The notes beneath the pieces are model-generated. The model saw only the letters and a program-made list of their open reading frames with translations, was not told where the DNA came from and searched no databases. From positions 779-64,778 of IMG/VR virus record IMGVR_UViG_3300017565_000017: 64,000 bases of DNA, one strand, 5' to 3'. This stretch comes from a virus. Lineage: Duplodnaviria; Heunggongvirae; Uroviricota; Caudoviricetes. Shown piece by piece: positions 7,111-15,306 of this stretch. How positions within the stretch are numbered: the stretch's first letter is position 1; each line of letters starts with the position of its first letter. The position numbers were made by a program, and so were the translations under genes.

Positions 7111-7638
7111 ATGCCCTATACCTCTACCATTGATGTGAAAGACGCTTACCTGACCGACAACCTGCCGATGCTGGTGAGCAAAGCGCTTGCCGGTAAGACG
7201 CTGCTTGTGAGCTGCGAGTTCGACAGCCTAGGCTTCTACTACTCGGTCTTGACCTACCTGGAACAGGACAAGCACCCGGAATTCGGCACCGAAGCTCATT
7301 TCCGTACCCGCTCCTGGATCGACATGGTGCCCGTCGCTCAAGGCTTTCTCCGTTCGGGCGGGGGTGACATCGTTTACGCTCCGAAAGGTCGCGTGGCGCA
7401 CACTCTGGCTCAACATGCGCTTGAAAACGACGAGGCGAACGCCATCACCGAAGCAGCGCTGCTGCTCCACGAAGACCACCTTGCCCACCTGAAAGCCCAT
7501 CCGAACATGGACGCCCAAGTTCTGGACGCCATCGAGCGGGGATCCAAGGAAGTTGAGCAGTGGCGTGCTCAGTTGGAAGCCGAATTTGCTGCCGCCGACG
7601 CGGAATCCGGATCCAGCGAAAAGCCGGTGCTCCACTGA
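7111..7638 (+). CDS. Hypothetical protein (175 aa), second paralogue family
   Basis: N-terminal half resembles the 8888 protein (LTD..LV..ALAGKTLLV vs LTSD..VV.LLQEGKKLLV). Confidence 0.75.
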   Translation: MPYTSTIDVKDAYLTDNLPMLVSKALAGKTLLVSCEFDSLGFYYSVLTYLEQDKHPEFGTEAHFRTRSWIDMVPVAQGFLRSGGGDIVYAPKGRVAHTLAQHALENDEANAITEAALLLHEDHLAHLKAHPNMDAQVLDAIERGSKEVEQWRAQLEAEFAAADAESGSSEKPVLH

Positions 7639-7997
7639 TGGCCGACTACGACGGCACTTGGCCTTCGGCCCGGCTACATATCTACGCGACTAATCTATCG
7701 CCCGTGGATAAGCACCGTCTGGGCTACGTGTTCACGTGTCTCCGACGCTATGGGTGCCCCGCGCCTACCCGAATGCTTCACCCTATGGAGCAGCCGAACG
7801 AAGGCATCGGATTCGTGTGGGATCAGTTCGGCCGACGCATGTACTTGGGCCAGCGTCGTGGACAGCCTAGTGTCTTGCGTATGTACACCCCCGGTACACC
7901 CATGGGTGTTCAGCGCTATTCAGGGCTCCCTCCGCACGACACCATAGACCTGCTCATGCAGGCTCTCAACCATCCAGATCTATTGACAACCGTATGA
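7638..7997 (+). CDS. H[PT]D-motif paralogue family protein (start moved to ATG 7638)
   Basis: TGATG overlap; RYGCPAP, LNHPDLL. Confidence 0.8.
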   Translation: MADYDGTWPSARLHIYATNLSPVDKHRLGYVFTCLRRYGCPAPTRMLHPMEQPNEGIGFVWDQFGRRMYLGQRRGQPSVLRMYTPGTPMGVQRYSGLPPHDTIDLLMQALNHPDLLTTV

Positions 7998-8362
7998 GCG
8001 GAAAGTTCCAATTCAAAGACTGGGATTCTTACATAGACGAGGCTGTCACCATTGGTGAATCTTCCGTGGCTCGTCTACGGATTCGAAGTGCTTTTCGCAG
8101 ACTTTCACTCATGGGGTGCCCGCCACCTGACCTGATGTTGCGAGGCCCCGGATCGAATGTACTTTTCTGGCGACCTCATCAGGTCGGGACCCACGTCCGT
8201 CTTCTGATAGACAGCGATACGATGGCCGTGCTCAAAACGTTCCCGGCCCATTCGATGCCTACTGGGAACACCACGGTGGATCCGTTGCTGGTACTTTTCC
8301 CTCTGATCGCCATGACTCTAACTCACACCGACCTCGTTCCAGAACCTGCTCGGTGCGTGTAA
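7994..8362 (+). CDS. H[PT]D-motif paralogue family protein
   Basis: ATGA coupling; LMGCPPP, LTHTDLV. Confidence 0.8.
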   Translation: MSGKFQFKDWDSYIDEAVTIGESSVARLRIRSAFRRLSLMGCPPPDLMLRGPGSNVLFWRPHQVGTHVRLLIDSDTMAVLKTFPAHSMPTGNTTVDPLLVLFPLIAMTLTHTDLVPEPARCV

Positions 8363-8367
8363 ATAGT

Positions 8368-8416
8368 TTGCGCTGCCCTGGGGTTAGCTGTATAATATTG
8401 CTTTACACCCTAACCC
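8368..8416 (+). promoter_or_regulatory. sigma70-like promoter with CCCTAACCC box
   Basis: TTGCGC-17-TATAAT; CCCTAACCC 8408-8416. Confidence 0.7.
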
Positions 8417-8435
8417 CAGCTATAAAAGGCGCGCT

Positions 8436-8879
8436 ATGGATATTGGTCGCAGCTCCAAGGAGTTCAGTTCCACGTTTGACCAGCACTATGTGGCTATGGG
8501 AACCAGCGATTTGGATTCGTTGATTACCATGATGAAGGACCCGGAGCGCCGCATCGTGCTCTTCACGGCGGTTGACCCGGAGATTCTGATTGCCAGCATC
8601 ACGATCTGCGCCCTGGATATCACAGTCGACGAATTTACCTCGAACATGGCGCACTACCTCAACGCGGGCCAGGAATACATGAACCTGTCCGGCGATAACC
8701 AGCGCCGCATTGGTTTCTACAAGCGCGCGACCATCAACGTCGAAGACGCTGTCAAGAGCTACACCCAAGCGACCGGACACGCGCCTCAGTACATCCTTTA
8801 TTTCGACCCGGAGCTGGAAGATACAGTCAAGACGGCCACTGGCAAGACTCTGAAAGAAGCGTCAGTCACTCGTCACTAG
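8436..8879 (+). CDS. Hypothetical protein (147 aa)
   Basis: Follows the promoter; weak resemblance to the 7111/8888 proteins. Confidence 0.75.
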   Translation: MDIGRSSKEFSSTFDQHYVAMGTSDLDSLITMMKDPERRIVLFTAVDPEILIASITICALDITVDEFTSNMAHYLNAGQEYMNLSGDNQRRIGFYKRATINVEDAVKSYTQATGHAPQYILYFDPELEDTVKTATGKTLKEASVTRH

Positions 8880-8887
8880 GAGCGGAT

Positions 8888-9358
8888 ATGCCTGTTCTTG
8901 AGAATACCAACATTGAAATCCTGCTGACCTCTGATCCCAAGCGCGTGGTGCATCTTCTCCAAGAAGGTAAGAAGCTTCTGGTCCAGACGTGGCGTGGGGC
9001 CAGTGATATCATGTCCTACGCGGTCCAGCACCTGTCGGGGATGACTATCGCACAGGCCAAGGAAAAGGGCATCAGCGACCAGGAGCTGTTTAACCTCGTC
9101 AGCACGCGCATGCACGCGAACGGCGGCTCCATGTATTTCGGAGACCGGACAATTATGCCGGGTTCCATGATTGACCAGTATGTGGCCCGGAAAGGTCACG
9201 AGCCTGATATGTTCATCTTTTTTCTACCGGAAGGTGCGGATAAACTGGCGGCTGCCATAGACCCAGAACTTATCACCAAATATCTGGAGCCGGAAGCCGA
9301 GAAGGCTCCCGACCCGTGGGCGAGTGCTACCCACGGCGCACCCGCTACTCCGCAGTAG
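8888..9358 (+). CDS. Hypothetical protein (156 aa), second paralogue family
   Basis: GGAG SD; similarity to the 7111 protein. Confidence 0.75.
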   Translation: MPVLENTNIEILLTSDPKRVVHLLQEGKKLLVQTWRGASDIMSYAVQHLSGMTIAQAKEKGISDQELFNLVSTRMHANGGSMYFGDRTIMPGSMIDQYVARKGHEPDMFIFFLPEGADKLAAAIDPELITKYLEPEAEKAPDPWASATHGAPATPQ

Positions 9359-9365
9359 GAAGACC

Positions 9366-9722
9366 ATGAATCTCAACAATATCGAAGAGCTGATGCAGGT
9401 CTTCCGGACACGACTTACCCAGGAAGAGGCGGATGCGCTGCGGGCTAGTCTCGCAATTCTCGTACAGAATTGGCCTCTTGACGCGGCTATGACACGTGAT
9501 ACCCACAAGAGCTCTGCGTTCATTGTTTTGTGGTCAGAGGCTACCGACCTTATTAAGTCTCCGTGGACCCTCCGGATCGGCCGCGATGGCGAATACTACG
9601 CGGAGACGTATGACTTGAATGACCCAACCATTGAGCTGGAAGATATAACTACCAAGGACCCCGTGGAAGTTGTGGATTTCTTCCTCCATCACCTTTCTCA
9701 CCCGGATTTGGTGGTCAAATGA
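9366..9722 (+). CDS. H[PT]D-motif paralogue family protein (start moved to ATG 9366)
   Basis: AGGA SD; ends FLHHLSHPDLVVK. Confidence 0.8.
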   Translation: MNLNNIEELMQVFRTRLTQEEADALRASLAILVQNWPLDAAMTRDTHKSSAFIVLWSEATDLIKSPWTLRIGRDGEYYAETYDLNDPTIELEDITTKDPVEVVDFFLHHLSHPDLVVK

Positions 9723-10135
9723 CAGCCCGTCCTTTTATGCAAGCGGCATGGGACGCCATTGACCCCCAGAAATCTGAGGCAGCGGAATCTATTTCCACCG
9801 AGCTGATGATGGTGCTGGCTCCGCTTCTGGCCTATTGGCCGAAAATGCTTGGCTGCCCTAACATCAGTGTGACCGTATCTGACGCTAACATGCCTCACGG
9901 GACCGTTGTTCGTATGGGGTTTATGACGAACCTCAATCGGCCTAAGCGCCCAAAATACGGGGTACTGACGTTCGGCGTTGACTCTGATGCAGAAAGTGTT
10001 AGGATACACGAATACGATTGTAGTCTTCACGTGATGGCAGAGCGCCAACTTACTTCCCTTACCGATCTTCTGGACTACCTGACTGTCACTTGGACCCACA
10101 CGGATATCCCCCATGACTCAGACCCAAATGCCTGA
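9719..10135 (+). CDS. H[PT]D-motif paralogue family protein
   Basis: ATGA coupling; ends LTVTWTHTDIPHDSDPNA. Confidence 0.75.
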   Translation: MTARPFMQAAWDAIDPQKSEAAESISTELMMVLAPLLAYWPKMLGCPNISVTVSDANMPHGTVVRMGFMTNLNRPKRPKYGVLTFGVDSDAESVRIHEYDCSLHVMAERQLTSLTDLLDYLTVTWTHTDIPHDSDPNA

Positions 10136-10376
10136 CCCGCTTCTGGCGCGGCTCCAAGAAGAAGGCTATACCCATGTGCGTGTTCTGCCGGACGGTACGT
10201 ATGCTGGTATCGGCCGACTGGCTTTCACAGTTGCCCTGTACACGAAGCTCACTGATATCGGTTGGAGCCGCCGATTTTGCTATGAGAGCCTGACCGATGC
10301 TCTAGTAGGGTTGGTTGAACTCAAGTCCTGGGATGACGAGCCGGACCCGGTCTACATTGCTCGCCGACCGGAGTAA
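10128..10376 (+). CDS. Hypothetical phage protein (about 82 aa)
   Basis: Compact ORF overlapping the previous stop; EEGY..VRVLPDG...RRFCYE looks like a recurring small phage protein (from memory). Confidence 0.7.
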   Translation: MPDPLLARLQEEGYTHVRVLPDGTYAGIGRLAFTVALYTKLTDIGWSRRFCYESLTDALVGLVELKSWDDEPDPVYIARRPE

Positions 10377-10379
10377 TGC

Positions 10380-10424
10380 TTTACACGCCAGCGCAACCCT
10401 GTTTATAATAGGCCATTACCTAAC
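10380..10424 (+). promoter_or_regulatory. sigma70-like promoter with CCTAAC box
   Basis: TTTACA-18-TATAAT; CCTAAC 10419-10424. Confidence 0.65.
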
Positions 10425-10447
10425 TATCGTATAAAAGGATTTTCGGT

Positions 10448-11155
10448 ATGCCTATTTCCAACCTTCGCGAACTCACCATGGGTGCTGACTCGGAATCGGG
10501 TCCTGTACTTATCGGTAAGTACCTGACCCAGGACCTGGACAAGGAAGTGGCGTCTCTGGATCTGACGGACCTCATGCCTTCGGGTCCGGGCAACCCACCC
10601 CTGATCAACGGTCTGATCTCGTTGCTGAAAATCTCCATGTCTCAGGAGAATCACGACGAGTCACTACGTTCCTGCGCGGAGCGTGTGGGCAATGACTTAG
10701 GCATTGACCTTACTGTGCCTGAGCTGCCGGAAGATATGAAAGCACTTAACAAGAAAGTGCGTCAAGCATATCTTGATCTGCGCGGGCGTCATCTGGAGAT
10801 CCTGAACAAGCACGGCGGCGCGGCTGACCAAGTGATGGACGCCTACAAGGAACTGGATCGGGGTACGATTACCCTCCACCAGTTCTATGCCATTGCCAAG
10901 CTCTATGCGAAGCGGGCGTTTACCCATAAATACATGGAAGACCGCCTGAGTACCCGAGACAAGAAAATTCTGCTGGACCCTAACAACCCCGAGCTCCAGA
11001 CTGTGGTGAAGGAGCTGGCTACTATTCTGCAACTTATGGATGACGCAAAAGTCTCGGACGACAAGAAGACGATGCCTACGTCCGAAGACGCATCCCGCAT
11101 TGTGGATATGGTACGCACCGTGCTGAAAGGTAAAACCGATGTTCCAAACAACTGA
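10448..11155 (+). CDS. Hypothetical alpha-helical protein (235 aa)
   Basis: AAGGA SD; follows the promoter. Confidence 0.75.
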   Translation: MPISNLRELTMGADSESGPVLIGKYLTQDLDKEVASLDLTDLMPSGPGNPPLINGLISLLKISMSQENHDESLRSCAERVGNDLGIDLTVPELPEDMKALNKKVRQAYLDLRGRHLEILNKHGGAADQVMDAYKELDRGTITLHQFYAIAKLYAKRAFTHKYMEDRLSTRDKKILLDPNNPELQTVVKELATILQLMDDAKVSDDKKTMPTSEDASRIVDMVRTVLKGKTDVPNN

Positions 11156-11543
11156 CATTCAGGCCCATGGCGTAACGTGGGCTCTTGACTATATCAAGAG
11201 CAAACTGCGCCACGACATGGACGCCCTTAGCATGAGCGACCTGCTCGCTGATGATGTTGCTCCGCCTTTTTATCAGGTGCTGGCATTCGTCTACGAAATG
11301 CGCCGCAACTGCGATGCCCACCAGCGGGTCTACGGCCCTACGGATTTGACGTTCCACGCTAACTTGCAAGCGCGTAACGCGCTTCAGATGATGCGTGCTG
11401 CCCAGATTCGCGTGGTGCGTCCCCAGATTCACCGGGATTTGGATGCACTCCACTCACAACTCGAATCCAACAAGATGCAGATCCTGGAAGGCATGTTTCG
11501 CATGCACGAGCTGACTGCGGGCCGGGAGATTATCCATGTCTGA
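11139..11543 (+). CDS. Hypothetical protein (134 aa)
   Basis: Overlaps both neighbours; weak similarity to the 11536 protein. Confidence 0.7.
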   Translation: MFQTTDIQAHGVTWALDYIKSKLRHDMDALSMSDLLADDVAPPFYQVLAFVYEMRRNCDAHQRVYGPTDLTFHANLQARNALQMMRAAQIRVVRPQIHRDLDALHSQLESNKMQILEGMFRMHELTAGREIIHV

Positions 11544-12033
11544 CCGCTACTTAACTACCGAGGATCTCCATAAGATCGAGAGTGATACGGAGATCCTCAC
11601 GCTGCTCGTCAACTTAGCGATAGCCCTGTCGCCCGACTCTGATTTGCGAATGCAAGTCGAGGACTGGCGAACTGATTTGCACGCGCCGCATCGCATTCCG
11701 CCAGTTGCCCCGACCGTGGGGTTCATTTGTGTAGCGCTCAAGCAGGCTGTAGGCTTCCTGACGCTTATTCAAGACACAGACCCGAGTTCGGTAGTTTCAG
11801 ACGAAGGTTCGATCGGTACATATACCGAACGTATGCAGCAGGTTCGCACAATGGCTACTCAGTGCTTACGCCTGCTGAAAGACCGTCACTTTGAAGTCTT
11901 GGAGCCAATGCCTATTGAGATTCAGATTGAGCTGGAGAATCTGTATTTGCGTGCAGAGGCTCTTACGGTAGAACCCGGTGTGGTGCGGGACGGATTGTTC
12001 TCGCTCACCTTAAAAGCGATGGTGGGAAAATGA
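11536..12033 (+). CDS. Hypothetical protein (165 aa)
   Basis: GGGAG SD; operonic packing. Confidence 0.7.
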   Translation: MSDRYLTTEDLHKIESDTEILTLLVNLAIALSPDSDLRMQVEDWRTDLHAPHRIPPVAPTVGFICVALKQAVGFLTLIQDTDPSSVVSDEGSIGTYTERMQQVRTMATQCLRLLKDRHFEVLEPMPIEIQIELENLYLRAEALTVEPGVVRDGLFSLTLKAMVGK

Positions 12034-12212
12034 CAACCGAAACCCCTGTGTGGGACAAAGATGCTGGCTCCTGGTCCGTTCCTGAAGGTTACGCCCATCC
12101 TAAATGTCGAGGGTGCGGTCATACCTATTACGGTGTAAAGCCGCGTCCTATGGTAGACGGTCGTGCTCCTGATGGTGGTCAGTGCCATTGGTGCGCAGAG
12201 GAGGAAGAATGA
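12030..12212 (+). CDS. Small C4 zinc-finger protein (60 aa)
   Basis: CRGC...CHWC; ATGA coupling on both sides. Confidence 0.65.
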   Translation: MTTETPVWDKDAGSWSVPEGYAHPKCRGCGHTYYGVKPRPMVDGRAPDGGQCHWCAEEEE

Positions 12213-12556
12213 GCTGGTGGAAAAAGAAGCCGCTCGTTGCCACTGCCGTAGCTCTGGTGACCGGGCCTCAGGCCACCCGCATTGAGGGTGAACTAGTGGA
12301 GGACTCCGCCGAGTACGACCCTGACTACAGTGTGGTCTACTACCGATACTCCGGCAAATGGGCCGCTATGTACAAAGGTGTCCCACTCTACCACTGGTAC
12401 GGGTCCGGTAAAGTGGAACCGGATAACCGCAACACTGGCTGGACTCACTGCCCGAACGAGCGCGCAGCATGGCGTCTGTGTAACATGCACCGAGAGCAGA
12501 AGAACGGAGCCCCCTTGTCCGACGTTCACCGCACCCCTTCCTACGACCGTAAATAA
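12209..12556 (+). CDS. Hypothetical protein (start moved to ATG 12209)
   Basis: GAGGA SD; ATGA overlap. Confidence 0.7.
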   Translation: MSWWKKKPLVATAVALVTGPQATRIEGELVEDSAEYDPDYSVVYYRYSGKWAAMYKGVPLYHWYGSGKVEPDNRNTGWTHCPNERAAWRLCNMHREQKNGAPLSDVHRTPSYDRK

Positions 12557-12700
12557 AGGGCGTGGCACGGCTGGCGGTACTACCACGTACCCCCACACCT
12601 ACCCCACACTAAAGGCCGCGCCTGTACCCGTTTAACCGTGGCGGCGCGGCCCTGTTATATAGCAAGTGCCTTAACCAAAACTATACCGGAGCAAAATTAG

Positions 12701-13072
12701 ATGTTGGATCTGAAGAGTGTTCGCGAAGTAGAGTCTACTGAATCGTTGATCTCAGTCAGCGGCATTGATTTGCTGTGGGTAGTTCGTCACCCAGAAACTC
12801 AACAGCTATATCTGGCGTATCAGAGTGATCTCACCTCTGACCTCACCGAGGAGTGGGTTGTTTATCTGCCGATCACTTGTGAGGACCTCACTGATCTTAA
12901 GAACAAGACCCGAACGCTGTACGAGCTTATGAAGCAGCCGCTGGCCCGGTTTCACGTCAAATTCTATGACGAAGGTCCAGAATTTCTAATGGTTGATTAT
13001 CTGGACTCAGTAGACGATTTGCCGATTGGCAATCGCCCTACCCAAGACAGCTATCTGCTCGATCCACTCTAA
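12701..13072 (+). CDS. Hypothetical protein, DUF6575-like
   Basis: GGAG SD; LLWVVR..QLYLAY..D..EWVVYLPIT.EDL.DLK resembles DUF6575 as I recall it. Confidence 0.6.
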   Translation: MLDLKSVREVESTESLISVSGIDLLWVVRHPETQQLYLAYQSDLTSDLTEEWVVYLPITCEDLTDLKNKTRTLYELMKQPLARFHVKFYDEGPEFLMVDYLDSVDDLPIGNRPTQDSYLLDPL

Positions 13073-13093
13073 TGGAGCCCGGTTGAGGATCCC

Positions 13094-13384
13094 ATGTCTC
13101 AACCTCGTAACAAGCCAATGAAGTCCTTTAGCATGAAGCTGACTGAGGACCATATCAAGTTTTTACTCGATTATGGTGCCGGGAATTTAGCGAATGCTGT
13201 GAGAAAGCTGATTGATGAGAAGATCAGCACTAAGGGACGCACCTTTGTGGAACTTACCCATGTCGACCCCTTCAATCGCACGATTGTTCACCGCCTCTCC
13301 GACACTGATAACTCAGGGGACGGACCTGAAGGCACAGACCCCCTATGTATCGCCGACAAGCCCTCCGATTCAGAAAAGATCTGA
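13094..13384 (+). CDS. Ribbon-helix-helix (CopG/Arc-like) DNA-binding protein
   Basis: MKSFSMKLTEDHIKFL..GNLANAVRKLIDE is the RHH beta-alpha-alpha pattern. Confidence 0.65.
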   Translation: MSQPRNKPMKSFSMKLTEDHIKFLLDYGAGNLANAVRKLIDEKISTKGRTFVELTHVDPFNRTIVHRLSDTDNSGDGPEGTDPLCIADKPSDSEKI

Positions 13385-13604
13385 ACCTGAGGAGCGAGCA
13401 CCACTCACCAACCTTAAGGCATATTTGGGCGGAGTTGTTTTATGGAATCCTAAAACAGGTGAGCTTTACGTACAGAACAAGCCCGTTGGCATTTACACGG
13501 AAGCTCAGCGTGACTTTGTCATTCGAACCGTTGCCCAGCAACTGACAGAGCGTGCCAAGCAGCAACGCCGCGAACAGAAAGCCAAGTCCCGGTACAACTA
13601 CTAG
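13260..13604 (+). CDS. Hypothetical protein overlapping the RHH gene; start uncertain
   Basis: C-terminal half looks folded and ends before the terminator; no in-frame ATG after the RHH stop near its start. Confidence 0.45.
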   Translation: MSTPSIARLFTASPTLITQGTDLKAQTPYVSPTSPPIQKRSEPEERAPLTNLKAYLGGVVLWNPKTGELYVQNKPVGIYTEAQRDFVIRTVAQQLTERAKQQRREQKAKSRYNY

Positions 13605-13619
13605 AACTTCTGGTCGTTC

Positions 13620-13655
13620 AAAAGCCCCGGTCTCCGTTTGGAGCCGGGGCTTTTT
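13620..13655. terminator. Bidirectional intrinsic terminator between the convergent early and late operons
   Basis: AAAAGCCCCGG.CTCC-GTTT-GGAGCCGGGGCTTTTT. Confidence 0.85.
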
Positions 13656-13661
13656 CATGGA

Positions 13662-14492
13662 TTACAGCTTGCCACCCAGAGGAGTGTCGCTGTTAACTTG
13701 GTGAACGATGTCATCGATGTAAGACTTGGTAGCGCCGCCGTCATTGACGCCAGTGCCTTCCCACAGCTTGTACAGTTCGCGCCAGTAGTCAACCGAATCG
13801 CCTGCGCCCTTGCCTGCTTCGTTACCCTTGACAGCGGCAACGACAGCCTTGTGGTGCTCTTGCGAGACCGGCACTTGAACTAGAGACACGACGTTTTCGT
13901 TAGCTACAACCACATGCTCGCCAGTCGAGGCAGAAACCACCTTGAACTTTTCAGGCTTGGTGTGGGTCACGAAGCCGTGGTCCATGTCGCCGTACTTGTT
14001 AACGAACGAGGCAAACTCGCCTGGAACAGCGCGAGCCATAACCACACGGCTGAGGCGCGGCACCGACATCACGTCTTTGTTGACGCGGGCTTCCAGCATC
14101 TCTGCCAGATTTTCCGTGCCATTGCGGGCCAGGAATTTGTTGCCCAGACCGTCATCCTTGATTTCCCACAGGGTGCGGTCACGTGTATCCATCATGATGT
14201 TGCCGTGGCTTCCCATAACCTTGAAGCTGGCACGGATTTCGCTTTCGTCCCACGGCTGAACCGTAGGCTGGTAGCGGATGAAGCCCACCGCCGAATTGTC
14301 CGTCAGTTGACGGAAGCTGTATTCGACCGGCGAAGCCATGTTGTCTAGAGAGGCGGTCAGCACTTCTGCTACGTCGTTGCCCGTCGGATTACCCGTCCAA
14401 GCGATAACGACCTTAGCCAGAGTGGGGCTAACCATGCGATGATCTGTAATGTTAACGGAGCAGATCTTGTCACGCGAAGTAAAGATACTCAT
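13662..14492 (-). CDS. Putative virion structural protein (276 aa)
   Basis: AAAGGA SD; last gene of the morphogenesis operon. Confidence 0.7.
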   Translation of the reverse strand: MSIFTSRDKICSVNITDHRMVSPTLAKVVIAWTGNPTGNDVAEVLTASLDNMASPVEYSFRQLTDNSAVGFIRYQPTVQPWDESEIRASFKVMGSHGNIMMDTRDRTLWEIKDDGLGNKFLARNGTENLAEMLEARVNKDVMSVPRLSRVVMARAVPGEFASFVNKYGDMDHGFVTHTKPEKFKVVSASTGEHVVVANENVVSLVQVPVSQEHHKAVVAAVKGNEAGKGAGDSVDYWRELYKLWEGTGVNDGGATKSYIDDIVHQVNSDTPLGGKL

Positions 14493-14598
14493 TATTAGTC
14501 CTTTGACTTGTGAACCTCACGGCCTATGTCGAGATCATTCAAGACTATAGGCTCTGGGTAGGCACGTATGGAGGTCTGTAATTGGGCCAAGACCTAAA

Positions 14599-15108
14599 TT
14601 AAACTGTTTCCCAGTCGACATACTTGAAGACGACCGTCAATTGAACTAGGCCAGATTGACCGCCGTCCAGTGCAACTTCTTGCATTTCGGTCGGCCACAC
14701 GTAGTTCAGCTGAGTTACGTTAACCGGCTGCGGAATATCGTTGTACGTCACAAGTTGAACGCCACCGACAGCATAGGTAGCGAAGAAGCTACCGCTGTTA
14801 GTGCGCCAGTCGCGAGCGATTGCGATCCAACGACGGAACTTCTCGCGAGTTCCCCAGTCATACGTTTCCAAGAACGTAACGTTCATGGTCTGGGTAAACA
14901 TGCGGCGACCCGCGTAGGGAATTACCACGCCGTGAAGCGGTGCTTCAACGACTTCTAGTTGAGTGCCCGGTAGGTCCGTGGTCATGCAGCGGAACGTGAG
15001 GTCACGTGACGAAGCTGATCCCGGAATATACGGGAAGAACAGGTCGAAGTTCCATGTTTGGGCAACGTCGCCCAGCGACAGAACATCTTGTAAGCTAGTG
15101 CGGGCCAT
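14599..15108 (-). CDS. Tail tube protein (T4 gp19-like)
   Basis: TWNFDLFFP..FRCMTTDLPG..IPYAGR..MNVTFLE..REKFRRW..WPTEM; near the sheath gene. Confidence 0.8.
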   Translation of the reverse strand: MARTSLQDVLSLGDVAQTWNFDLFFPYIPGSASSRDLTFRCMTTDLPGTQLEVVEAPLHGVVIPYAGRRMFTQTMNVTFLETYDWGTREKFRRWIAIARDWRTNSGSFFATYAVGGVQLVTYNDIPQPVNVTQLNYVWPTEMQEVALDGGQSGLVQLTVVFKYVDWETV

Positions 15109-15118
15109 TGCCGACTCC

Positions 15119-15304
15119 TTATGTTGATGTCACGCCAATATCGGTATTGCGCGTAGGCTTAGTCCACTTAGTATCGTCCGTTGACTTAGTCAGCTTCGTT
15201 TCCTGAGTAGGCACAGTTTCTTCGGAAGTATCCGTTTGGCGTGTCGGTGCAATTTCTTGTTTCGGGAGACTGGCCAGAATACGGTCTACGAATTCGTAAG
15301 CCAT
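15119..15304 (-). CDS. Small protein with MxFxxRILA-type leader (61 aa)
   Basis: MAYEFVDRILA; Thr/Lys-rich tail. Confidence 0.55.
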   Translation of the reverse strand: MAYEFVDRILASLPKQEIAPTRQTDTSEETVPTQETKLTKSTDDTKWTKPTRNTDIGVTST

Positions 15305-15306
15305 AA

